This document shows, one piece after another, positions 13,041 through 24,652 of a stretch of DNA of 64,000 nucleotides (within the stretch, counting starts at the first letter, position 1; each line of letters begins with the position of its first letter). A program made the translations under genes and the position numbers. The DNA comes from Paraspadella gotoi (Eukaryota > Animalia > Chaetognatha), in contig CM119269.1 of assembly GCA_051294375.1 (NCBI GenBank), forward strand, positions 4,497,098-4,561,097, written 5' to 3'. A model generated the notes under the pieces. It had not been told where the DNA came from. It made no database searches and worked only from the letters and a program-made list of their open reading frames with translations.

Positions 13041-13743
13041 CTGCCGTCACGGATGCAAGGAACGATGAGTGAGGAGACGCGGAAAGGATTTCGGGGTCGA
13101 ATTTTTCAAGCATTATCAGATTCGGAGGCATTAGATTCCTTTTAACAGGGCGTAGTTTCTCTCGATACATTGTCGACTCATATCATTTTACATAAGTGGT
13201 TGAATAAACAAAATGGGTCAATTCGGGTCGCCAGAAAAGCATTTTTATAATAACCTTTGCCGGTCGTTATTCACTTTATGGCGGAACGGTTGACGAGAGC
13301 GTCGTTAACTATCACCAAAACTTGGCAACGATGAATGAGCGTCAAAGGTTCAGACTGTTAAACGTCGTGGTTCAGTCTAACGTCCTTTTTTTACAAGCTA
13401 ATTTTTTAAAGATTCCCCGGAGAATCGACAAATGAAAAAAACGAAACAAAAGAACAGGTACGAAATGTCTAAATCTTTAACTATAATGCATACAGGTCGA
13501 AAGTCACAAACCCTAATCACTTTTCCCTAATTTCAATCGATTGGGAATTTGCCCTTTTCTAACATACTCTGTTTATGAAAAAAAAAAATCAAGTAAAATA
13601 TTTAAAGAAGTTTTTATGATGAAGAAAACAGTTCGCAACGGAAAATAAAATTTGTACAAAATGAGTTTCGGAGCGAGCAATACACTATTCTATAATATCT
13701 TCGGCCATGAATTTATCTGTTATGTGTTATGCCTAATAATTTT

Positions 13744-14037
13744 TTATTCCGACATTCGACTTAAGTTATCTCTTGTTGTGGCACCAATTCCGCCCCTCGG
13801 AACCAAAAGAAGCACCAGGCTGATGACAATATAAAGTGCGGACATCACCAGAAACGCCATCCCATAGTTCAAAAACGTCGGTTCCGATCCGATAACTTCG
13901 GAATCGTTGGCACTGACAATGGCGCCCGTCCCAATGGAGCTTCCCATATTGCACAGGCATCCCAGGCCCATGGCGACGCCGTTGACGATCCCTAGAAGAT
14001 GAGGCGGAGTGGTGCCGTTCATGAGGAGCAAGAGACT
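13744..14037 (-). CDS. MFS transporter last exon (out of order; belongs to the 9065-7634 gene)
   Basis: Acceptor cttcag|AGT, phase 0. SLLLLMNGTTPPHLLGIVNGVAMGLGCL...YGMAFLVMSALYIVISLVLLLVP corresponds to TM10-12 of this MFS type. Confidence 0.8.
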   Translation of the reverse strand, partial: SLLLLMNGTTPPHLLGIVNGVAMGLGCLCNMGSSIGTGAIVSANDSEVIGSEPTFLNYGMAFLVMSALYIVISLVLLLVPRGGIGATTRDNLSRMSE

Positions 14038-14140
14038 CTGAAGGGCCATAAGTCAAAAACATTATAGTGAAACAATTTGTACGTATTGATTAGAGAACAG
14101 CTTGTTAAGAAAAAGGGTCATTCAAATCAACTTGAAAATA

Positions 14141-14370
14141 ATCTCTTTAATATCCGCCCCCCTATACCCCATCCTATACCCCATCCCATCTCTTTAATAT
14201 CCGCCCCCTATTACCCCATCCTATACCCCATCCCATCTCTTTAATATCCGCCCCCCTATACCCCATCCTATACCCCATCCCATCTCTTTAAATATCCGCC
14301 CCCCCTATACCCCATCCTATACCCCATCCCATCTCTTTAATATCCGCCCCTCTATACCCCTCTATACCCA
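14141..14370 (+). repeat. 47-bp minisatellite, about 5 copies (atctctttaatatccgcccccctataccccatcctataccccatccc)
   Basis: Direct tandem copies without spacers. One 35-bp copy lies at 12564-12598 and degenerate copies at about 17420-17770. Confidence 0.92.
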
Positions 14371-14387
14371 CCCCCTTTTTTTTTAAG

Positions 14388-14887
14388 GCTTTCACGGGGA
14401 AAAGTGCGACTCGGTCTGCCCGTCGGGATCATTCGGCTACGGATGCTTGCATCGCTGCTCTGCATGTCCAACGGGTCAGACTTGCTCGCCCGTCACGGGA
14501 GCATGCTTGAGTCCGAAAAGAGACGACGACGACGACCATAATGACGACGAGGTAAAGGAGGAGGATCCACCCAGAGCTGCCTCTTCCTCCATATCCTACT
14601 CTTTCTATTTCGACTGGCGATTCGTGCTCGGCCTTTGTTTACTCTGCCTCCTGTTCGTCGTCGTCGTCGCCCTTCTCGTCGTCTCCTACACGCGAAGACT
14701 TAGGAAGTTCGAACAGGAACTCGTCGTCCACTTTGTCCGCGAGTCGTCTCTGGCGGCGGCGGCAACGTCGCCGTCGACGTCGTCCTCTGCGTCGTCGGCG
14801 GCGGCGGGAGGAATGATTAACTCGGCAATCGTCTCCGGGGGAACTGGGTGAGAATAAGAAGGAACGACGAGAAAAAACAAAGAAATT

Positions 14888-14947
<60 letters not shown>

Positions 14948-14970
14948 AAAAGAAAACAGTTTGAAAGAAT

Positions 14971-15010
<40 letters not shown>

Positions 15011-15061
15011 AAAAAAAATAAAGCAGTTTGAAAGAGAAAGAAAGAAAGAAAGAAAGAAAAA

Positions 15062-15093
<32 letters not shown>

Positions 15094-15140
15094 AAAAAAA
15101 AGAGAGCTGTGAGAAATAAGAATAAGAATATGAAAATCAT

Positions 15141-15205
<65 letters not shown>

Positions 15206-15952
15206 AATTAATAGATAAACAATAAAAAAAGAAAGTAGTAAGAAAGCATGAGAACAATAAAAAAAAGAAAAAATTAACAAAGGAAAAGTGAATACCTAAC
15301 CGATTTAATTAGTATAATTAATTAATTAATTTGTATACAGAAAGTGGGAAACGCCTAATTACTTTCTCCTTTTCTCTTTAATCTTTTGTCAACATTGATT
15401 CCTAGAACTGCTAATCCACTTCACGCCGACGCCGCATCGACGCTTTGCTACAACACGATGCGCCCCAACACCAGTCACCCCCTGGTCGCTTCCGCTTCTG
15501 CCGCGGGGGCGTCGGGCGTGGGTCGAGGCGCCGAGGAGGGTCCTTCCACCTTGTCCAAAACTTCCTTTTCCGCCGTTGCTCTCAGGTAATAAGTGAAGGA
15601 CGATCATTTTTTAATTATGATAATCATTATGTTGCCGAACAAACGTGATTGATTGAATGACTGGCTAATTGAACATTGCTGCTAAACCATTTCGGATTTC
15701 CGTTTCAGTGAAAAACGTCAAGTTGCTCTCCCGTATCGCCCCGACGGTTCCGTTGCTTCGCTTCAACCGCTCCCACCGGATCAACCTCCATCGTATGAAG
15801 AGTGCATCGGCGCCGCTGCCGCTACGCCTCCCGTCCCCGATACGCGGGCGGGTCTGCCGGAAGTGACGACGCTTCCGCCGAGTTTGTCCGCCATTTCCGA
15901 AATGTCCGCCTTCTCTTCGGAAGACGACTCGGAGACTCGTCATTTGGTTTAA
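14388..15952 (+). CDS. MEGF10/Draper/CED-1-like receptor, C-terminal part (14388-14847, 15406-15585, 15709-15952): last EGF repeats, TM helix, cytoplasmic tail
   Basis: GFHGEKCDSVCPSGSFGYGC, TM FVLGLCLLCLLFVVVVALLVVSY followed by TRRLRK, and a tail with NPLH and PPSY. Stop at 15950-15952. Confidence 0.85.
14880..15230 (+). repeat. (GAAA)n microsatellite in a MEGF10-like intron
   Basis: Visible tetranucleotide array. Confidence 0.95.
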
Positions 15953-16879
15953 AATCTCACATTTCCCTTTTTTTTTTACTCGATCGCTCGTCCCCAGGGC
16001 TACCATTACCATTACCATTTCCTTTCGGGCGCAAATCTAAGTCTTAACAAAATTTTAATCTTCTTGTCCTACTACTTTTTTAAAATAATGTTTTTACAAT
16101 TTAATGCCAACCATGACAAAGTTCCTTCATCATGACATTCATTGACAAAGGCGATACTTTTCCCTGATTGAAAATTTAATCTCGAAATTTTTTGTTTATT
16201 TTGTATTTTGTATTTATTCCACTTTTTAAAAATCAACGTTCAACGATCGAGAATTTTCTCTCTATTTTTCCTGCCTATTATCTTTTTTCTTTTTCTTTTT
16301 TTTTCTTTTTTGTTTCTTTGTTTTGTTTCTTCCATCTTCGAAAATATTTGTTTTACATACGTCTCGTAAATTAAGTGAAAACAATATTCTAATGCTTGTT
16401 TTCAATTTTGTTTTTGGAATTAATTTTTTAAATATTTCTGTAATGTTTTTTGAAATGTCGGTTGTTAACATAAATGAATTTACGATATCTAAGTTTTAAC
16501 TGAAGATACCCATCGTCAGTGACGTTTTGAAGCATGTCGCGACGTCTTGCTATTTGGTTATTGTTTCTCCGCTCAAATATATCGCGTCTACTACTTTTAA
16601 GAATATTATTATTATTATTACTTGAAAAACAAATTTAAACCAAAGGTATTATTATTAATATGATTGTTTATATCATTATTATTTTGAGCCCTTTTGTGTT
16701 TAGATCCCGTTCATTTTTTATCGGTTCAATTTATCCTCCGTTACATATCCCCTTCTTATTTTTTTTGGGGGGGATATCACTACAGACAGTAATTATATTG
16801 GTGTACCAGCTTTATTTTATATCAGTAATGAAATAAACATATCATTTTATACTGAATGGTTTCAACTTTATTCAGTCGC

Positions 16880-17162
16880 TTACTTCATATCGAACATGGC
16901 CACGAATTCCTCGTACGAAACCTAAATAAAAGAGCTATATAAAAACTGATCAGATTTAATAATTAGTTATTATGTAAGTGACCAAACGACCGACCACAGA
17001 ACTAAAGGCATAATCGTGACAATTTCTACTAAATTACGCGGCACCCTCACCATTCCGTCCAAATCCGCATCGACTTCCTTGATCATATCCGTGATCTCTT
17101 CGTCGGTGACTTTCTCTCCCAAGTTGGTCAGGAGATCTCTCAGATCCGCCTCCGAGATGAAT
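16880..17162 (-). CDS. Calmodulin-like protein, exons 3-4 (17162-17051, 16921-16880; out of order)
   Basis: Acceptor ggcag|A TTC ATC TCG gives FISEADLRDLLTNLGEKVTDEEITDMIKEVDADLDGM + VSYEEFVAMFDMK*. Confidence 0.9.
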
Positions 17163-17908
17163 CTGCCAATGTCAGCGTAGAAGGTTTCCATTTTTGTCGT
17201 GTATTTCTCCTTTTTTTTCCCTTTCTTTCTTTCATCTTTGTAGAATTTGTCTCTTAATTTTTTCTCTCCTCTTTTTTTCTCCCCTATTTGCATCTCCACG
17301 CACCTATTCTCTTTGCCTCCATCCGTTAGCTTTCTGGCCCTAACGCTCAAACCTCGTCACTCTTCACTGAAGAGTCTTCAGTCTTCACTGTAGTTTGCAG
17401 TCGACTACTACACTCTTCCCAATTCCCATCCCTAATTTTCTGCACCTATCCGTCTCTTTAATTTCCGTCCCTACCAATCTTGATTTTTGGGCCTTAGTTA
17501 CCCGGAAGAACGCCAAATTGTTTATTAAATTTGGAATTAGGTTAATTTTTTAAATTAAAAATTGGTTAAATGTTTGGGCTAAGGATTAGGTTAAAGATTA
17601 GTTTAATGATTAAGGTTAAGGACTTGGTTTGTGATTACCCGTCTCCTTAATTTCTGCCCATACCCGTCTCGAATTTTGTACCCCTACCCTTCTTAATTTC
17701 CTCCCCATCCACCACATCTCCTCTCTAAATTCCTTCGCCCGCTCAACCTTATTTTCTCCCCTCAAACTCCCCCCCCCCTGGAACAGTAACGTTACGCCAT
17801 TTTTCATTGTGTCATAAATTGTTGACGGAAAAGATAGTTTTTAATATTGAAATAAGTTCAAGAACCGCTGTACGTAACTTAACAAAATCGAAACTATTTC
17901 GAATGCAG

Positions 17909-20900
17909 GTTTCAGTGTCTGTGCATGGAAGGATCTACTTGCGAGAAATCTACTGGAAAATGCATTTGTCGTCCTGAGTTCACTGGGCCCTTGTGCAATC
18001 AGGTAATTTATAAAAATCGTTATGTCATATGGGCTTTAATTTTAAATTTCGATCGTTCAACATCATTTCCGCTCAGCCGTGTCTCGACGGAGACTGTCAT
18101 CGCTCCTGCGTCTGTATCCACGGGAGTTGCGATGACGTGACTTCCGGTTCCGACGGCGACGCGGCCAATCGTACATCGGCCTCCTCGACGTCGGTCACGC
18201 CGAGACTCTGCGTCTGCGATCCCGGGTGGTACGGAGAAACTTGCGCCTTCAGGTTAAAAATCCAGTCGACTCTTGTTGTTGTGTACAAGTTGTTGTTATT
18301 GACCAAAAACTAATTAAACGTTGCTTTCTCCAGGTGCCCCCATAACAAATGGGGAAGCGGATGCACGGGGACATGCAGGTGTCAGAACGGAGCCGCTTGT
18401 GACGCGCGCTCTGGCGAGTGCGAGTGTCCACGCGGCTATCACGGTCGCCACTGCGAGCACGAATGTCCACGTGGATACACCGGTACGAGTTTTAGCTTCT
18501 TTTTTTATCATCTTAAATTCTCGTTCTTTATTTGTTAATTTTTTCTTTCTTTTTAGTTTATTTAAATATTTCTCTGTTTTTTCTTTTGTTTGAATTTATT
18601 TTAATTCAAAAAATTAATTTGATTGATTGATTGATCGCTAACAAAATTTTACGATCCTTCTCTCGGATCCAGGCGCGGCGTGCAAGGATCGGACCTGCCC
18701 CGACCGACGATACGGGCCGCCGCACTGCGATCGTCTTTGCAACTGCAATTGGTTAAACACGAAATCCTGTCACCCGGGTCCGTATCTCTTCACGTTGATA
18801 TTCAAAAATAATGATTATATAAATATTCAAATTCCACTGAAACGAAATGCGGGCATTATTTATTCAAGCTGCTTTCTTTTTTTTTTTAACCGCAGGTTCG
18901 GGAGATTGTTTATGTCGGGACGGTTGGATTGGGCGCAACTGTTCCGAAGCTTGTCCCCATCGCCAGTACGGACCAGGTTGCGTCGAGATCTGCGATTGCG
19001 AGCACGACTCTCCATGTCATCCGGGTAAATCAATTGCCAAGGCGATGTCTATGTAACGGCTAATATGACTTTTTTTTATTTCATTTTTCGTCTTATTTTT
19101 TTCTAGCCACGGGCAGATGTCTTTGTCTACCCGGATATTACGGTCCGCGTTGCGAAACTCCCTGTCCCGTTGGATTCTACGGTTCTGATTGTGGGAAGAG
19201 ATGCGATTGCAAAAACAATGGTAAAAACAACGCTTACCTCCTTAAACGGTTTACGAAAGGCTTATTATTATAAAATGAGGTCGTGGTTTTTTGTGACCAG
19301 AATCGGTTCCGAAAAAAACAATCGGACCAAATTTATTGAAATTTGCCATGTAAGAGCCCTATGTGAATACAGATAGAACTATTGATAAATATTTGACCCC
19401 TGGGCCGAGATATGCGGCCCCGGGGGATCAATCATAGGAGCAAAAATCTCCTATTGAATACCAAAATTCCACTCTATAGTTCCATTTATATTGTCATTAG
19501 GCTTCTTTGGAAAAAGTCATAAAATTATATCAGGTAGTTTGGTGTGTACCGTTTCTGGTCACAAAAAAGCACGACCTCATTTTATGATATGAAGCCTTCT
19601 GTGCAGATGCGACAAATTCCCCCCACTTATCAGGCACGTGCACACCAGTTGGTCAATGCGTATGCCAGTCCGGTTTCGCGGGTGCGCTTTGCGATCAGCC
19701 GTGCCCTAGCAACAAATTCGGCCTCGGGTGCAACCAGACCTGCCAGTGCCGCGGCGAGGGCTTCATCTGCCGACCCAACGATGGGCGCTGCATCTGCGGA
19801 CCCGGACTGACCGGGGAAAGGTTAGCGTTGGACGACGGAAGAACTTGTGCTAAAGCTAAATTTCAGCTTGTAGTTTTGATAAATTTCATCCTAATTTTTG
19901 TTTATTTGTTTATTTTTGCCTTTTTTTTTACGCTCTTTGTCTCTTTATAATTTTCTACGTAGTTTTTTCGTTTTTTTCATTTTTTTTATTCTTCTTATTC
20001 CTTAGGTGCGAGCGAACTTGCGAAAGAGGGCGCTACGGCCTCAATTGCTCTCAAATATGCGATTGTGACCCACGTCACACGAAGAGATGCCTTCCAGTTT
20101 CTGGAGAATGCGTTTGCAAACATGGGTGAGATGAGATAAACATGCCAAAGGCTTTTATAATTTATAGTTTTATTTGTATACCAGACTTAGTCCCAGATCG
20201 ACACTTATATCTTTTCATTTAGATGGCACGGTCTCCGTTGTGATACCAAGTGCCCCGATGGTTTTTGGGGTATCAATTGCAACGAACGCTGCCTCTGCAA
20301 GAACAACGGGACCTGCAACGAGCAGGGCGGATGTGTCTGCCCTCCGGGATATCGCGGAAATCAATGCGAGGAGCTCTGTCCCTCGGGTTAGTCACGCAAT
20401 TTCCTTTTATTTTAGGACTCGTTTTGTTATTTTTTTCTTCGTTGTTGTCTTACACTCTTTCTCGTCTTTTTTCTTTTCGCCCTTCAGGCACCTTCGGCGG
20501 GGCCTGCGAGTCCTTTTGCGAGGGTTGCCCCGACGGAAACTGCGACCCGATTGGTGGATCTTGTCTTTGTCCTTCGGGCTACACCGGCCCCACCTGCGAT
20601 CAGCAGTGCCCCAGCGGCAAATGGGGGCCCAACTGCATGCACGATTGTCGCCTCTGCAGTCACGGGTTGGGATGCGATCACGCCACGGGGGACTGTCTGT
20701 GTCGGCCTGGATGGCGGGGTTTCGGCTGTTTTCAAAAGTGCCCACAAGGTTGGCGACCGAACCATTTCTTGTATTACTCGCCTCGAATTCGGTTTCTTAC
20801 ATTGTCTTGTTTTCTTCCTTTCTTTTCGTTGGTTGACTTTAGCAAGAGAAAAGATTGTTGTGAAAAATCAATCTTTATTATTACATTGTCTTTAAAATAA

Positions 20901-21144
20901 TTCTTAGGCACCTACGGCTACGGATGCAAGCACGAATGCCCCGACTGGTGCCGCCCGGGCTCTATCCCTGCCATTCCCTGCGACCCGGTTGACGGGCGAT
21001 GCGTTTGCCCCGTCGGCCGAATCGGGGCCGACTGTCAAGAGCCCTGTCCTTTGGGCCTGTTCGGCCAGGATTGTCGGCGAGTTTGCGATTGCATCCATGC
21101 CGACGGCTGCTCCTTCGCGACCGGAAAATGCATCTGCACTCCCG
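17909..21144 (+). CDS. MEGF10/Draper-like receptor, middle part (about 11 exons of EGF-like repeats)
   Basis: Repeated CxCxNGxxCDxxxGxCxCxxGxxGxxC units across GT-AG exons. There is no start or stop, and the first acceptor and last donor are unpaired locally. Confidence 0.88.
19270..19585. mobile_element. MITE with about 35-bp terminal inverted repeats in a MEGF10-like intron
   Basis: ataaaatgaggtcgtggttttttgtgaccagaa versus ttctggtcacaaaaaagcacgacctcattttat. Confidence 0.8.
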
Positions 21145-21354
21145 GTCAGTTTTTGGGAAAAAGGCCCCTGGCCTCCTCCCGTCCGCCCCCTTTCGATAAT
21201 TCGCGACTCTGCTCATTTTTATTACTCTGTTTACACTTGACCTTCTCTCGAACCTTTTTTTTTTTTCCTCTTCTCCTAAATTTTGTCCCTTTAAAATTGT
21301 TTCTGAGCCAAATTAATTGATCATTACTTTTGGTAATATGTGCGATATACACTA

Positions 21355-23018
21355 CTGGACATTACTGTATCTGACCATAACCCTTGACCATCAACAAAAA
21401 AGTAACTAGATCAAAAATAGTAAAAAAGATGAAGCAATATAGCTCGAAACGCTTACAAAATTTTAGACCATTGCTTTTATAAATGCAAAAAAAATATTAA
21501 TATTATTAAACAAAACTTTAACGATAACCAATGGTTAACCGAGACCAAGATGAATATTTTTTACCCATCATTTCCTCAATTAATATGAATCATTTGTTTG
21601 TAATTAGTCAATTAATCTAAATAACAATATGACAAATTTATTTTCAATTTTCTTTATGAATGGGAAGTTTTCTCTGCTTACTCCCCTTGTGTCTAATTAT
21701 TTAATATTTTAAAGGTATTTTCAAAAACCTTATATAATTACTATATTTTTCATTTTTTTTCAATTCTTTCAAACAAAAACAACATCATAAAAACATTTTT
21801 AATTAATAAAAAAAAAATGATTGAATGATTTTGGAAAAAAATATTTTGAAACTTGAGAATAATGGATTATGAGTCAGGAAAAAAATTTTGCAATTCTAAA
21901 AAAATCAGCCTCTAGCCTTTCGATTTTTCTAGAGGCTGATTTTTTTATTTTTTTGATATTTTGATTTTCTATGCAAAACCATTATTCTCAATGACCATAG
22001 GTCGAACAAAATTTTTTTTCCAACAATTTGAAAAATTTTCAACTTTTCTAATTAAACTTTTTTGGGGGAAATAAATAAAAAAATTATTATACGATGGGTA
22101 CATCTGAAAGTGATATGTCTCTAAATGACAAAAAAATTTTCTTCAAGTTTTATTTTGAAATTTAAGTACTGTACCAATAGAAATAAGTGAGATACTCCCC
22201 TTTGCTGAAATTTTTATTTAACAAAGATTTGTACTGCGTAATTTAAAAAAAATTATTTTTTTAAAATAACTTTTGAAAGAAAAGAGGTAGCAAGGTGGAT
22301 GTGGTATCAAATTAAAGCCTTAATCATGGGACACCTTTTCTAAAAGAGTTTTATTAAATTAAATCCATAAATCTTTACACAGCTTTTGTTTAAATTAGAG
22401 TTAAAAGTATAACAGTTTTTTGCTTTTAAAATTTTAATGAAGGCATATGAATTTTTTTCTTTTTCTTTTGTAATTTGAAAAAGGAAAGACTGAATTACAT
22501 TTGTTTATTATTAAATTTTTTTTATTCCATAAAATGCTTATATTTTTCAGTTAAAGTAAAAAACAAGCAAAAATTTATGTTGTAGCTTGATAAAATGTAT
22601 ATTTAAATATTAAAAATGATAAATACAAAAATGTTTTCAGCTTGATATAAACAGTCTGGACATCTACCTTCTTGTCAGTGAAAAAAAATCGTCATTTTTC
22701 ATTATCTTTAACTGCAAACTAAAAGCTTGACACACTGCTTGTTTATCATAATAACGTTGTAAAAAATTATATAGCTGGTAACATATTTGACAAAGCGAAA
22801 ATCATTGTGTTAAATTGTATTGATAATTTTTTTTTAAATATAGCAAGGAATTTAATTCTATTATTTATCATCCATTTTAATTAAGAAAAAATATTTCTCG
22901 TAATAGCCCATTGGAAAGGGTTCATTGACTGACTTAATGATAAAATTTTTTAGATTTTTTTACTGCGACCATTTTACAAGATATAAAAGGTCATGGTTAT
23001 CATGTCAATAAGTCCAGA
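21355..23018. mobile_element. Putative non-autonomous DNA transposon (AT-rich, imperfect TIRs, internal inverted repeats)
   Basis: ctggacattactg...ataacccttgacc versus ggtcatggttat...caataagtccag, with internal inverted pair aaaaatcagcctctag/ctagaggctgattttt at about 21900-21945. No ORF. Confidence 0.45.
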
Positions 23019-23539
23019 TTATCTGTACCCTTTCTGCAACCTGCATTCCAAATTTTCTTTTTTTCCCTTTCAAATGTATTAAATAAAAAAAATTATTTGA
23101 GAGAACAATCGGCGTGGAGGATGCCATTAGTAAGCCTTAGTTACCCCACTTCCCGATCGAATTTTTAAATGAGGTTTTTTTTCCATCTATTTGAGACATA
23201 ACACTAACTATTAGTACTATTTTTTTATATTTTTTTCTATTACAATTCTATGAATAAATATGAATAAGTAACTTTTTAAAAAAATTTATCATCTTTCACC
23301 CTATATACAGTCATATCTTAAAAACAAAAAAAGATTTTGCATTGATATTTTGGATATCAACATATGAAACTAAACGTTTCAAAAAATAAAAAGAAATATA
23401 ATAATATTAAACATTGAATTTTTTTTATGCACTGGATAATTTTTATATTGGTTGTACCAATTTCATAATGTCGAACTTTGATTCGTTCTTATCGTTTCTC
23501 ACCCTAGCCAACAAAAAAAATTAGAATACAGTCAAAGAC

Positions 23540-24246
23540 CTGTTTAGATTTTCTTCCGTTCATGACGTTGTCGAGATTCTTTTGGTGTCGTTTCTGTCCA
23601 ACGCCGAGTTCTGGATTCGACAAATGATCTTGCATGCACTTGGTATGCCGTCTTAGTAAAGAGGAATGATCGAGGTAAAGAGAAACGCGTGCTCTACCGT
23701 CCGTCACGATTTACGAAGAGGGAAACCCACCTGGTTTCTTCTATGAAACGATTTCTCTCCTGAATCTCGTTCACGTCGAGTCGATATTTTTTCGGGTTTT
23801 GTTCCACGATTTGAACGGTTTCTTCGAGATCCTCTAAGTCCCATTCAATGCTGCGAAGACTGCGAGGAATTAAGAAAAGTTTAGACGACTCCGGGTAAAT
23901 GATTATAAAGTCAGATCCATTTATATCGATGTCGAGGGAAAAAATGATTTCCACCTCGCCTCATGTGAAAATCATTACAGAAGCAACTCGAATTTTCATT
24001 TATTTATAGAAACGAACTTTAAAAAAAAATCATTCAAACGTTGGAGGTGGCAAATGGAAGCAAAAATTGATAACTTTCTTAAACTGACCTTTTCCTGAGT
24101 TCCATAGTGGTCCACTCTATCTCCTCCTTGGAGGAGAGGATTGGATTTTCCAGGATGGCCGTCCATCTTTGGTAGAGGCCCTGCGAGGTCACCAGCGCCT
24201 TTTTCACTTCATCGCGAACGACAAAGAAGGGGTCATCGAGGGACAT
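23540..24246 (-). CDS. STX6: Syntaxin-6, N-terminal three exons only (24246-24089, 23859-23731, 23651-23540)
   Basis: [18 protein letters not shown]...LYQRW...[34 protein letters not shown] matches the Syntaxin-6_N domain. The SNARE motif and TM exons were not found. Confidence 0.88.
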
Positions 24247-24652
24247 GACTTTTCGAACGGGTTCGGGAATGAACCGCCTCGTCGCGGCCTCATATCAAGG
24301 TTCCCCCGACGCTGGCGCAGAAAATGCAGTTTCGAGTAGTGTAGTCAGATCGGGGGTTGGCGAGAACAAACGTCTTCTCGATTAATTAAATCACTTCGGG
24401 ACATCAAGAGGCGACTAAAAAAAATTTAAACTCTTCACGAACATGTAATTGTAAATAAAAAACTACAGCGATTGCAACGATAAAAATATTATAAAAGAAA
24501 AAATAAAGACCGAAAAGGTAGAAATAGAAAGCTACTAATATATTGAAACAGAAATCACAAAAACCGTGCAATAAATATTAAATTACACCCTATAAAAACC
24601 AAGGTGAGCCAAATAGTACACAAAAGAAACAAAAAAAACCAAAAAAACGACT

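Noticed and set aside
14141-14370. CRISPR-like array
   Set aside because: Units are head-to-tail with no unique spacers, the context is eukaryotic, and no cas genes are present.
12564-14388. Base-pair-guided trans-splicing between the calmodulin exon-2 donor (G-rich repeat) and the MEGF10 acceptor (C-rich array)
   Set aside because: The transcripts would be complementary, but the phases are incompatible (2 versus 1) and each exon has a perfect partner in its own gene.
14886-15257. ORFs of FFLS and KKER repeats
   Set aside because: They are translations of the (GAAA)n microsatellite within an intron.
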